Shown here: positions 7,700-16,579 of the stretch, piece by piece | How positions within the stretch are numbered: the stretch's first letter is position 1 | How the letters are laid out: each line of letters starts with the position of its first letter | Made by a program: the position numbers and the translations under genes | Virus genome (UHGV): UHGV-0383272 | DNA: 41,381 nucleotides | Source: a virus | Reading direction: 5' to 3' (one strand) | The notes under the pieces: model-generated | The model's input: only the letters and a program-made list of their open reading frames with translations | Databases searched by the model: none | Told to the model about the DNA's origin: nothing

Positions 7700-8830
7700 G
7701 ACCACCCTGTCAATACCCTAAAATAGTATTATCAGAGAGTTATGAATTAATTCACCAAGCAGACGACTCAACCTAACTTTATTGGCAGACGTTTCTCCTT
7801 GTAATCCTTAACATACAAACGTCTAGCTTGGTGGATTTAATGGCGGCACACAAAAAAATTAAAGATGAATGGAGTTGAAAAACTCCATTTCTGAATAAAG
7901 TTCAGTGCCGCCTGCATTTTGAAAATTGAAAACTCAACAGATTCAAACCTAGTGTAGATCGTTTGAACAACGAGCTAGGGCAACGTGGGATAAGTCGTAA
8001 TAAGCGAGAATACGGGATACTGTGTTCTAACTTAGGTATGGGTCGTAGTAATATGATCGGAACTAATGGTAAAAGCCATTATATGCAAAGCGGTGCGTAG
8101 ACATTATGCAGAGGTAAGGTGCAAGACTTTCGGGCGAGATAATAGACGCTCCAGTGGAGAATAATCTTAGTCAGGTGTGGTGTGAGAAGCCAGACAAACC
8201 TAAGAAAACTCAAAATAATCGCTACTGATGAGAAACCTAGAAATAGGTGAATGACGAAAGAAATTGGCACGAGTAGCTTAACTTGTCAGGCATTACATTA
8301 AAATTCCAAGCTATGGAAAACAGATAATGCTGAATGTTCAAGTGAAAGTTGTTGGCTGTTATGCCAGACCACGCAAGATAAGCAAGAAGAAGCATTACTG
8401 TAGCTCGGTAGTGTTCAGCCTTCTTGGGCGTGTAACCTAATAACCTTGAAAATAATTGAAGCAGGAAGAAAAGCCTGAATCTATTGAGTTTTGAGTTTTT
8501 AAACATGTCACTGTGGCGGAACTAGAAGACGCAACAGATAAGCAGAAACCTTCACAGGCGCTATGCGATTTGATCTATTTTAGATAGATATGAGTGGGGC
8601 AGTACCACTCCAGTGACTTAGACGTGTAGCTCAGTTGGTAACCTCGTTTCACGTCAATAGCAACCGAGGATATAAGTGGTACGTGGAGGAACAGCACGAT
8701 GACGGTGCTATGTAGGTTGCTTTATACATATTTGGTTAGATGGTCGGAGTTAGTGATAGACTAATTCCACGATGGCTGGGATAGAATCGGTAACCCTGTC
8801 TATCTAAAGTACATAATCAAAATTACTTGA
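7700..8830 (+). ncRNA. candidate large structured noncoding RNA (ORF-free, hairpin-dense); class unresolved, GOLLD/ROOL-like placement
   Basis: No plus-strand ORF of 60 aa or more across 1.15 kb in a genome that is otherwise over 90 % coding. Read by eye: a 9-bp stem with GAAA tetraloop at 7868-7889, nested in GGCGGCAC/GTGCCGCC at 7842-7849 and 7905-7912. Further stems at 8573-8589, 8592-8610, 8621-8626 with 8650-8655, 8660-8665 with 8715-8720, and 8693-8697 with 8705-8709. Confidence 0.3.
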
Positions 8831-8844
8831 AAGAGGTTTTGGAT

Positions 8845-9006
8845 ATGATGTTAAAACAATGGAATGAATTAAGAAATGACTACAGAACTTTTGAGAAAAA
8901 CAACTTAGAAAAGAGAATTGAATTCGAAAAGAAAAACAAAGAGTTCAAAACTAAGAATGAAAAGTTCAGAAAAAATGTAGAAGAACAATTAAAGAAATAT
9001 ACATAA
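8845..9006 (+). CDS. hypothetical small Lys/Glu-rich protein (53 aa)
   Basis: SD aaagagg 8 nt upstream of ATG, followed by a terminator. Confidence 0.35.
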   Translation: MMLKQWNELRNDYRTFEKNNLEKRIEFEKKNKEFKTKNEKFRKNVEEQLKKYT

Positions 9007-9010
9007 TCGA

Positions 9011-9036
9011 GATCGCTTAGGCGGTCTTTTTATTTT
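9011..9036 (+). terminator. rho-independent terminator
   Basis: GAUCGC-UUAG-GCGGUC hairpin then UCUUUUUAUUUU. Confidence 0.45.
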
Positions 9037-9085
9037 GGCCGAAAACCTACATTTTCGATGGCCGATTATTGGAGGAAAAATAATT

Positions 9086-9244
9086 ATGGACGATGAATTA
9101 ATTAGTGAAGCTAGAAAGATAGCAATTGACTTTAACGGGGTTGAACAAAAATTAAAGCCAGTTCATTTACAACACAGAATGCGAATTGGAATCAACAGAG
9201 CAACAAAGCTATATGAGCAGTTAAAGAATGAAGGCTTAGTTTAG
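9086..9244 (+). CDS. standalone FtsK-gamma-like winged-helix DNA-binding mini protein (52 aa)
   Basis: LQHRMRIGINRATKLYEQLKNEGLV matches the FtsK gamma-domain core ([25 protein letters not shown] in E. coli FtsK). SD ggagg. Confidence 0.55.
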   Translation: MDDELISEARKIAIDFNGVEQKLKPVHLQHRMRIGINRATKLYEQLKNEGLV

Positions 9245-9481
9245 CAGTCTCCTCGTGAGGCTGTTTTATTTTGCGCACAAAAAAAGAAGATCACTGTTTC
9301 CGCAGTGCTCCTCTTATGTAACAAGCAAGAAAAATATAGCATTTTATGCCATACATTTCAACACAAAAATAGACCACTATCGGGTAATAGTGGTCAGGAA
9401 TTAAATGAAAAAGATGTTAGGGTTGTTAGCTAAGTATAACATCATAACGCTTACAAAACAATGCAAGAAGGATAAATTATT

Positions 9482-9706
9482 ATGAGAACTTACTGGTATG
9501 TGTCATTAAACAATAAATACCCGCCGCCGATGAAAGGACAATGTAAACGTGTAGTGATGTCTGTTCAAATGAAGGCGGAGTATTCAATTGTCGAAATGAC
9601 AAGAGAGGCAACGCCAGTAGAGATTGATTATTGCAAGCTAGTCTATTGTGGTTATGGACATTGGAAAGATGAGCATATCCAAAAAAATATCAAGAAATAC
9701 GTTTAG
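9482..9706 (+). CDS. hypothetical protein
   Basis: 74 aa ORF between the packaging-proximal hairpins and terS. Confidence 0.4.
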   Translation: MRTYWYVSLNNKYPPPMKGQCKRVVMSVQMKAEYSIVEMTREATPVEIDYCKLVYCGYGHWKDEHIQKNIKKYV

Positions 9707-9731
9707 TTTGTTTTAGTTTGGAGGTGATTTT

Positions 9732-10088
9732 ATGAAACTTACTAATAGGCATAATAAGGCTATAGAATTGCTGTTCGAAGGCTCTTTGAAGCGGATTGAA
9801 ATCGCTGAAGAACTAAAGATAAGCGAACAGACACTTTACAATTGGTTAAAAGACGAAGATTTCACTCATGCTTATGATGAATATGTAAAAACTATCATGG
9901 GTAAGTCATCTGGTAAAGCGTTGAATACAATGTTGAAGCTTTTAGCAGCCAGATCAGAAATGGTTCGTTTTAATGCAGCTAAAGATATTCTTGATCGTGG
10001 AGGATTCGCTCCTGTTGATAAGAAGGAGATTACTTCAATTGAGCCTCCTGTATTTAAGGATGACATCAGTGGTGAGCCAGATGGTTAA
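9732..10088 (+). CDS. terS: terminase small subunit (HTH)
   Basis: 118 aa. N-terminal HTH IEIAEELKISEQTLYNWLKDE. Immediately upstream of terL with an 8-nt overlap. Confidence 0.65.
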   Translation: MKLTNRHNKAIELLFEGSLKRIEIAEELKISEQTLYNWLKDEDFTHAYDEYVKTIMGKSSGKALNTMLKLLAARSEMVRFNAAKDILDRGGFAPVDKKEITSIEPPVFKDDISGEPDG

Positions 10089-11376
10089 ACTATCTGAGTA
10101 TTTGCCAAAAGCTTTTCATAGTACGTGGAGAGCAGCAATTGATCCAGAAATTCTTCATATTGTTGAAAAAGGCGGTCGTGGTTCAGGTAAATCTTCTGAT
10201 ATTGCGCATGTAATCATACAATTAATCATGAGGTATCCAGTCAACGCGGTTGCTATTAGATTCATCGATAACACAATTGAATTATCAGTTTTTGAACAGT
10301 TGAAGTGGGCAATCGAAGAACAAGGGGTAACGAGCTATTTCAAGATCAATAAAAGTCCAATGAGAATTACCTATCTGCCCAGAGGGAACTATATTACCTT
10401 TCGGGGTGCACAGAATCCAGAACGGATAAAATCTTTGAAAGATAGCAGATTTCCATTCGCAATAGCTTGGATAGAAGAATTAGCAGAGTTTAAAACAGAA
10501 GAAGATGTAACGACCATTACAAACTCCCTTTTACGTGGAGAGCTTGCAGATGGTCTTTTTTATAAGTTCTTTTACAGCTACAACCCTCCGAAGAGAAAAC
10601 AAAGTTGGGTAAATAAAAAATACGAGACTAGTTTTCAACCAAAAAATACGTATGTCCACCATACAACATATAAAGACAATCCCTTTATAGCTAAAGCCTT
10701 TATAGAAGAGGCAGAAGCAACAAAAGAACGTAATTCGTGGCGTTATGATTGGGAGTATTTAGGCAAAGCCATCGGTTCAGGTGTTGTTCCGTTCGATAAT
10801 CTTCAAGTAGAACCAGGAAGTATTACGGATGAGATGGTTGCGAACTTTGACAACATCAGAAATGGTCTCGATTTCGGATATGCTACTGATCCGCTAGCAT
10901 TCGTTCGTTGGCATTATGACAAAAAGAAAAATGGGATTTACGCTATCGATGAAATGTACGGCGTGAAGATTAGTAACCGTGAAATCGCAAAAATGTTACA
11001 TGTAAGAGGCTATCAAAACGATGAGATATTCTCAGACTCCGCCGAGCCGAAAAGTAATGCAGAACTGAAAAATGAGCATGGTATCAAGCGTGTTCGAGGC
11101 GTGAAAAAAGGTCCTGACAGTGTTGAATACGGCGAGCAGTGGTTAGACGACTTGGATTTTATCTGCATCGATCCACAACGCACGCCAAACATTGCAAAAG
11201 AATTCGAGAATATCGATTATCAAACTGATCGCGACGGTAATCCGAAGCCGCGGCTAGAAGACAAAGACAATCATACGATCGACGCTACTCGATATGCGTT
11301 TAACGAAGACATGTGGGCGAAACGTAAGTCGAATGTATCGAAAGAAACCCGCCAAATAATCAAGAGGATGTTTTAA
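10081..11376 (+). CDS. terL: terminase large subunit
   Basis: Walker A VEKGGRGSGKS, about 431 aa (PBSX-type size). ATG at 10081 overlaps the terS stop. Confidence 0.85.
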   Translation: MVKLSEYLPKAFHSTWRAAIDPEILHIVEKGGRGSGKSSDIAHVIIQLIMRYPVNAVAIRFIDNTIELSVFEQLKWAIEEQGVTSYFKINKSPMRITYLPRGNYITFRGAQNPERIKSLKDSRFPFAIAWIEELAEFKTEEDVTTITNSLLRGELADGLFYKFFYSYNPPKRKQSWVNKKYETSFQPKNTYVHHTTYKDNPFIAKAFIEEAEATKERNSWRYDWEYLGKAIGSGVVPFDNLQVEPGSITDEMVANFDNIRNGLDFGYATDPLAFVRWHYDKKKNGIYAIDEMYGVKISNREIAKMLHVRGYQNDEIFSDSAEPKSNAELKNEHGIKRVRGVKKGPDSVEYGEQWLDDLDFICIDPQRTPNIAKEFENIDYQTDRDGNPKPRLEDKDNHTIDATRYAFNEDMWAKRKSNVSKETRQIIKRMF

Positions 11377-11388
11377 GGAGAGTGAACA

Positions 11389-12894
11389 ATGGATAAGGTA
11401 AATGAATTTGAGCACGGTATTGATTCAAATACGAAAGACGGCGTGAATATCAATTACGTTACTTTCCCGATTGAATCGAACCTACATTATCGCTTTTCGT
11501 CTGCGGAAGATTTGCTGGATGATTTAGACACATTGGCTGCAATGATTATGGATCATTATCAAAATCAAGTTCCGAGGCTTGAAGTGCTAGACGAATATAG
11601 CAAGGCTCGTAACACGAATATTCTACGTAATCAACGACGTAAAGAAAAAGAGAAAGCCGATCATCGTGCTGCGCATAACTTTGGCAAGATTATTTATACG
11701 TTTGATGTTGGTTACAATACAGGAAATCCAATCAAGGTTGAGATTGAAGACGAAACGAGTCAGCAAGCGATTGATGAGTTCAATACAAATAACGATATTG
11801 ATGGCTTAAATAGCGAACTATGGTTAGACGTTGACAAATATGGTCGAGCCTACGAAATCCACTATCGCGATGAAGATGACGTAGATTACGTAGATTTATC
11901 TAATGTTTTTGAAACATTTGTTGTTTACGATCTGACAATGAAACGCAGGCCTATCTTAGCAATTAGATATCCAAAGGCACAGTTTAATAAAAATGCTGAT
12001 AAGATGCGAATCATGCCCATTGTTTATACAGCGGATGAAACGATCTATTATCAAGAAACGAAACTAGATGCAATCAAGCTTGTTGAGGATCATCGCGAGT
12101 CGCATAGTCATAAGGAAGTTCCTGTCGTTGAATACTCAAGCAATCGCTTTAGGATGGGAATATATGAAGATGTTCTTTCTCAAATTGATTTATACGATTC
12201 GGCTCAGTCTGATACCGCTAATTACATGACGGACTTAAATGATGCTTTGTTAGTAATTAGCGGAGATATCGAAGCTGCAGGTCTATCAGCCGATGACGCT
12301 GCAAAAATGAAAGATGCAAACATGTTGCTGCTTGAATCAGGTGTCGATATTAACGGAAATAAAACCGCGGTGACTGCAGGATACATCTACAAGCAATACG
12401 ATGTTCAAGGCGTGGAATCGCACAAGGATCGTGTCAAAAGTGACATCTATGAAACTGCTATGGTTCCCAACTTAACCGATGAAAAGTTTTCTGGTGTGCA
12501 ATCAGGCGAAGCGATGAAGTATAAACTTTTCGGCTTTCAGCAAATGACCGCGACCAAACAACGGCTCTTTAAAAAATCGCTGACGCGGCGCTATCGGTTG
12601 TTGTTCAACTTAAAGCAAGAAGTAAGTGAACTAACAAATGCTGATCTGAAAGGTTTGAAAATCAGCTTTACACCGAACTTACCAAAGGCGATCCTCGAAG
12701 AGTTGAAAGCACTAGTTGATTCTGGTGTGCAGTTCAGTCAAGAAACGTTGCTTGGTCTGGCTTCTTTCGTTGAAAGTGTGCAGGACGAGATTAACAAAGT
12801 TAAAAAAGAAGAGCCGAAAAGAACGGTTCCAGACTACGACTTCACCGGAACTAATTATTTGCAGGAAACGAAAGATAAAGCTGGTGTTGAGTAA
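11389..12894 (+). CDS. portal protein
   Basis: 501 aa, acidic, positioned after terL. SPP1 gp6-like size and composition. Confidence 0.8.
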   Translation: MDKVNEFEHGIDSNTKDGVNINYVTFPIESNLHYRFSSAEDLLDDLDTLAAMIMDHYQNQVPRLEVLDEYSKARNTNILRNQRRKEKEKADHRAAHNFGKIIYTFDVGYNTGNPIKVEIEDETSQQAIDEFNTNNDIDGLNSELWLDVDKYGRAYEIHYRDEDDVDYVDLSNVFETFVVYDLTMKRRPILAIRYPKAQFNKNADKMRIMPIVYTADETIYYQETKLDAIKLVEDHRESHSHKEVPVVEYSSNRFRMGIYEDVLSQIDLYDSAQSDTANYMTDLNDALLVISGDIEAAGLSADDAAKMKDANMLLLESGVDINGNKTAVTAGYIYKQYDVQGVESHKDRVKSDIYETAMVPNLTDEKFSGVQSGEAMKYKLFGFQQMTATKQRLFKKSLTRRYRLLFNLKQEVSELTNADLKGLKISFTPNLPKAILEELKALVDSGVQFSQETLLGLASFVESVQDEINKVKKEEPKRTVPDYDFTGTNYLQETKDKAGVE

Positions 12895-13820
12895 TGAACT
12901 CAAAAGATTACTGGCGTCAACGTGAGGAGCAACACATTGCACAAATGATCAAAGACGAAAAGCAAATGAAGAAAGCTATCGCTGATCGATTTCAAATAGC
13001 AATTGATAATATCAACAAAGAAATTGATGCGAACTGGCAACGTTTTGCGAACAAAGAAGGCGTATCTCTTTCTGAAGCTAAAAAAGTTTCAATGGAACAT
13101 GACGTTAAAGCTTTTGCTAGAAAAGCAAAGCAATATGTTAAAGACAAGGACTTCTCTAAGACTGCTAACGAAGAGTTGCGGCTCTATAATGTCACAATGC
13201 GAGTCAATCGATTGGAGCTTCTTAAATCGCAAATAGGACTTGAACTGATTGCCTTATCTGACGACTTAGATAAGTACACAGCAGATTTACTAACTAAAGA
13301 AGGTATTGCTGAAGCGAAAAGGCAAGCAGGAATATTAGGAGAAACCATTTTTGATGGCTACAGAGATGTTGTAGAAGCTGTCGTGAATGGTTCTTTTCAG
13401 TCTGCAACGTTTTCTGAACGCATATGGGGTAATATGCAAGCTTTCAAAGCAGAATTGGATAAATTACTTGTCCAAACGATTACGCAAGGGAAGAACCCAC
13501 GAGATATGGCTAGAAAGCTACGTAATTTATTCGAGTCTAGCAAGTATGAAGCGGAAAGGTTAATGAGAACTGAGTCTGCGCGAGTTCAAACAGCAATTCA
13601 AAAGCAAAGTTATGATAAATACGAAATAGACGAATATGAATACATTGCTGAACCAACAGCATGTAGCGTTTGCCTACCGTTAAATGGGAAGATATTCAAA
13701 TCAAAAGACATGTTGTCAGGGACTAACGCCAGTCCAATGCACGCAAATTGTAGATGCAGCACAGCACCTTATGTCGATCGCGAAGCACTTGGTAGTTCGC
13801 TAAAAGAAAGAGGTTTATAG
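12894..13820 (+). CDS. minor head protein (SPP1 gp7 / Mu F-like)
   Basis: C-terminal motifs ...CSVCLPLNGKIF...HANCRCS are typical of the gp7/F family. Confidence 0.7.
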   Translation: MNSKDYWRQREEQHIAQMIKDEKQMKKAIADRFQIAIDNINKEIDANWQRFANKEGVSLSEAKKVSMEHDVKAFARKAKQYVKDKDFSKTANEELRLYNVTMRVNRLELLKSQIGLELIALSDDLDKYTADLLTKEGIAEAKRQAGILGETIFDGYRDVVEAVVNGSFQSATFSERIWGNMQAFKAELDKLLVQTITQGKNPRDMARKLRNLFESSKYEAERLMRTESARVQTAIQKQSYDKYEIDEYEYIAEPTACSVCLPLNGKIFKSKDMLSGTNASPMHANCRCSTAPYVDREALGSSLKERGL

Positions 13821-13821
13821 A

Positions 13822-14127
13822 ATGAAAGACTTTAACGAAGTGATTCTTACTCTAAAAGTAAAAAAAGAGCTAGCTGAAGTTTATAAAAAAGCTATCGAAA
13901 CTGAAAATAGTACGCAATGGAAAAAGAATCCTATATATAACAGCAATAAAGAATTAGTCAGCAATGAATTGCTGCCAGTTTGGAACGGAAATCATGCAAG
14001 CGTTGAGGTTGGTGAAGAGGGGTTGCTAACAATCACACTTATTTCTCACACGCTACCAAATCTGTTAGAAACAGCTAGTTGGTACGAACGCATGGGAGCT
14101 AAGACGATTTACAAAAACATTATTTAA
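13822..14127 (+). CDS. hypothetical protein
   Basis: 101 aa, SD gaaagagg. Confidence 0.45.
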   Translation: MKDFNEVILTLKVKKELAEVYKKAIETENSTQWKKNPIYNSNKELVSNELLPVWNGNHASVEVGEEGLLTITLISHTLPNLLETASWYERMGAKTIYKNII

Positions 14128-14145
14128 CATAAGGAGCTGATGTTT

Positions 14146-14487
14146 ATGTGTTTCCACTGGAGCGTTGATGGAAAGTGTTGTTTATTCTGTGGAGCCTCTG
14201 TTCCGGAACAATCTCGAGCTAGAGCAAAAGAAGTTGTTGCTAGGACAATTAAAAGTGAATCATTTACCAGTGAGCCATCATCATTAAACGAATTAATGCT
14301 AGAAACTGCGATTGAATTTTTACACGACATTAATTCTGAAGAAATCGAAACTATTCAAATTAATTCAACAAAGCACGATGATAGATCAAGAAGTATCAAA
14401 ATTGAGATTACCTATCCTCCTGAACTTACGGAGTTTGAGAAACAAGCAAAAGAAGTTTGGGATCGATTAAAAAGTAATATCGAATAG
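14146..14487 (+). CDS. hypothetical protein (start at the second ATG, which has better SD spacing)
   Basis: 113 aa; SD taaggagctga context repeated at 14490. Confidence 0.4.
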   Translation: MCFHWSVDGKCCLFCGASVPEQSRARAKEVVARTIKSESFTSEPSSLNELMLETAIEFLHDINSEEIETIQINSTKHDDRSRSIKIEITYPPELTEFEKQAKEVWDRLKSNIE

Positions 14488-14506
14488 TAATAAGGAGCTG
14501 AACGTT

Positions 14507-14677
14507 ATGGAAAACAGTAACCGAAATAGCGAAAACGATTTTGTCAATTTTTTTAAAGGATTAGACGAAAGCTATCAGCAGTACCTCATCAATGAAATGA
14601 AGAAGAAACCGCCAGATCACCAACCAGAGCTGAAAGCCGATATGGCGGAAAGTGAAGGTGGTCCGAAATCTCGTTAG
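14507..14677 (+). CDS. hypothetical small protein (56 aa)
   Basis: SD taaggag 9 nt upstream. Confidence 0.35.
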   Translation: MENSNRNSENDFVNFFKGLDESYQQYLINEMKKKPPDHQPELKADMAESEGGPKSR

Positions 14678-14708
14678 CTGTCATTAAAGCTGAAAAGAGG
14701 AAAAAATA

Positions 14709-14930
14709 ATGGATTTTCTTGAATTGAAACAGAAAAAAGAACGAGGGGTAACAAATGCAGAATTCATGGATGGGTCAAAGGAATTCTTTGAAAAAGCGGA
14801 CAGCATTGTTGTTGTCGGCATTAACCCAGACGGAATTATTAGCACATTCTATACACAATCTACATCCACTAACGCTATTGGAATGATGGAAATCGCAAAA
14901 CAACAACTAATCTCAGAATTGGAAGTCTAG
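14709..14930 (+). CDS. hypothetical protein
   Basis: 73 aa; followed by a terminator-like motif shared with 18754-18783. Confidence 0.4.
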   Translation: MDFLELKQKKERGVTNAEFMDGSKEFFEKADSIVVVGINPDGIISTFYTQSTSTNAIGMMEIAKQQLISELEV

Positions 14931-15056
14931 CCAAACGCTAAGGCTTTTTATTTTGCCTTCTTACTGCTTGCAGGCGTTAAAGAGAAAGCTGTTCTCGATT
15001 GATTGGCGTAACTAATCAAATTTATCGGGTAGCGGCGTAACCGTGGAGGTTTACTC

Positions 15057-15680
15057 ATGAAAAAACGTTTATTAATGCCATTAAACTTACAATTTTTTGC
15101 TGAAGGTGGAGAAGGAGGAAATGGTGAGGGGACTGATGGAGGGACGTCGACTAACTCTCAAGATGGTCAACAGGCACAAAACTCGCAACAATCCGCGAAC
15201 GGCGAAGGAGAACAAAACACTGGCAAAACATTTTCTCGTGATGATGTAGCAAAAATGATTGCTGCTGAAACGAATAAGGCTAAGGCCGTGTGGGAAAAAG
15301 AACTCGAAGCAAAAAAAGAAGAAGCTAAGAAACTAGCCAAAATGAATGCAGAAGAAAAACTGCAACATGAACTAGAACAAAAAGAAGCTGAAATTGCAGA
15401 GTTAAAGCGCGGACAAACGTTAAACGAAATGAAATCAGAAGCTTCAAAAATGCTCTCTACAGCTAGTTTGCCACATGATGATGAATTACTCAGTTTAATC
15501 GTTTCCGATGACGCAGAAGCCACTAAAAAGGCAGTGTCGGTCATTACTAACTTTGCATCACTGATCAAGAAAGAGAATGCTCGACAGACTACACCAGGTG
15601 AAGGCGGTCAATTTACAGCTGACAAAGAAACAAAACAAACCGTGGCTAATTTAGCTGCTAAAAATCGAATTATCAAATAG
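15057..15680 (+). CDS. scaffolding protein
   Basis: N-terminal LQFFAEGG plus a low-complexity Gly/Glu segment, then a long coiled-coil. Sits directly upstream of the capsid gene. Confidence 0.6.
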   Translation: MKKRLLMPLNLQFFAEGGEGGNGEGTDGGTSTNSQDGQQAQNSQQSANGEGEQNTGKTFSRDDVAKMIAAETNKAKAVWEKELEAKKEEAKKLAKMNAEEKLQHELEQKEAEIAELKRGQTLNEMKSEASKMLSTASLPHDDELLSLIVSDDAEATKKAVSVITNFASLIKKENARQTTPGEGGQFTADKETKQTVANLAAKNRIIK

Positions 15681-15694
15681 GAGGAATAAACAAT

Positions 15695-16579
15695 ATGGCA
15701 CAAACATGGAATCCCGACAACGTAACCGTCTATGAAACAAAAGAGGGTAAAATCCCCGACAAGTACAACACGCTAATTTTGAATGAGGTAATGGAAAACT
15801 CTAAAATCATGCAATTAGCGAAATACGAAGAAATGACTGACAAGGAAAAGAAATTTGAATACTTTGCTGAAGGTCCTGGCGCATACTGGGTTGGTGAAGG
15901 TGAAAAGATCAAGACGTCTAAACCAAAATGGTTAAATGCAACAATGGTCGCTAAGAAATTGGGTGTAATCATTCCTGTTTCACGTGAGTATTTAACATAC
16001 AAAATGTCAGATTTCTTTACTGCAATGCAGCCAAAAATTGCTGAAGCATTTTATAAAAAGTTTGACGCAGCGGCATTGTTAAACACTGACAATCCATTCC
16101 CACAATCGTTAGATGAATCAGTAGTCGCAGCTTCTAATGTCATCAACGGTCCATTGAGCTACGACAATATTTTAGCATTAGAAGATTTGCTAGGAGAAAA
16201 CGAGTTTGAACCAAATGCGTTTATCTCAAATCGGAAAAACCGTACAGAACTGCGTGCTGCCGCTCAAACGGTTGGTTCAAATGTAGAATTCATCTATGAT
16301 CGTGCAGCGAATACGATTGATGGTTTCCCTGTCGCTGACTTAAAAGCATTAGAAAAAGGCAATCTTTACGCTGGAGACTTCGATTATATGTTCTACGGTA
16401 TTCCGTTTAATATCTCGTTCAAAATCTCGGAAGAAGCACAACTGTCAACATTAACGAATGAAGATGGAACGCCAGTCAATTTGTTCGAACAAGAATTATT
16501 GGCTTTGCGTTGCACGATGGATGTAGGTTTCATGATCGTTAAAGACGAAGCTTTCGCGAAAATCAGCCCAAAAGCGTAG
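15695..16579 (+). CDS. major capsid protein
   Basis: 294 aa, strong SD taggagg, positioned after the scaffold. Confidence 0.75.
   Translation: MAQTWNPDNVTVYETKEGKIPDKYNTLILNEVMENSKIMQLAKYEEMTDKEKKFEYFAEGPGAYWVGEGEKIKTSKPKWLNATMVAKKLGVIIPVSREYLTYKMSDFFTAMQPKIAEAFYKKFDAAALLNTDNPFPQSLDESVVAASNVINGPLSYDNILALEDLLGENEFEPNAFISNRKNRTELRAAAQTVGSNVEFIYDRAANTIDGFPVADLKALEKGNLYAGDFDYMFYGIPFNISFKISEEAQLSTLTNEDGTPVNLFEQELLALRCTMDVGFMIVKDEAFAKISPKA
16567..16573 (+). other. candidate -1 ribosomal slippery heptamer C_CCA_AAA, 2 codons before the capsid stop
   Basis: X_XXY_YYZ pattern in the capsid zero frame. The -1 frame opens only at 16543 and stays open to 16860. Confidence 0.45.

Noticed and set aside
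8079-8506. Minus-strand ORFs 8079..8270 and 8237..8506 inside the ORF-free interval
   Set aside because: Hydrophobic nonsense-like translations with no SD. They are opposite to every flanking gene and overlap the hairpin-rich region, so they are more consistent with noncoding RNA.
8621-8720. tRNA-like signal: TAGCTCAGTTGGTA D-arm-like string and multiple stems
   Set aside because: No 7-bp acceptor stem, no D-stem closure (ACCTCG instead of GAGC) and no T-arm GTTCRANYC on either strand. A canonical tRNA cannot be folded. It is kept as part of the structured-RNA candidate, not called as a tRNA.
15167-15568. Antisense 133-aa ORF inside the scaffold gene; similar antisense ORFs at 19600..19923, 19920..20165, 20199..20468, 20686..20940, 21127..21519 and 27746..28027
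   Set aside because: Low-complexity, biased-composition shadows inside long plus-strand genes (scaffold, tape measure, collagen-like fibre). No RBS, and inconsistent with the operon polarity.
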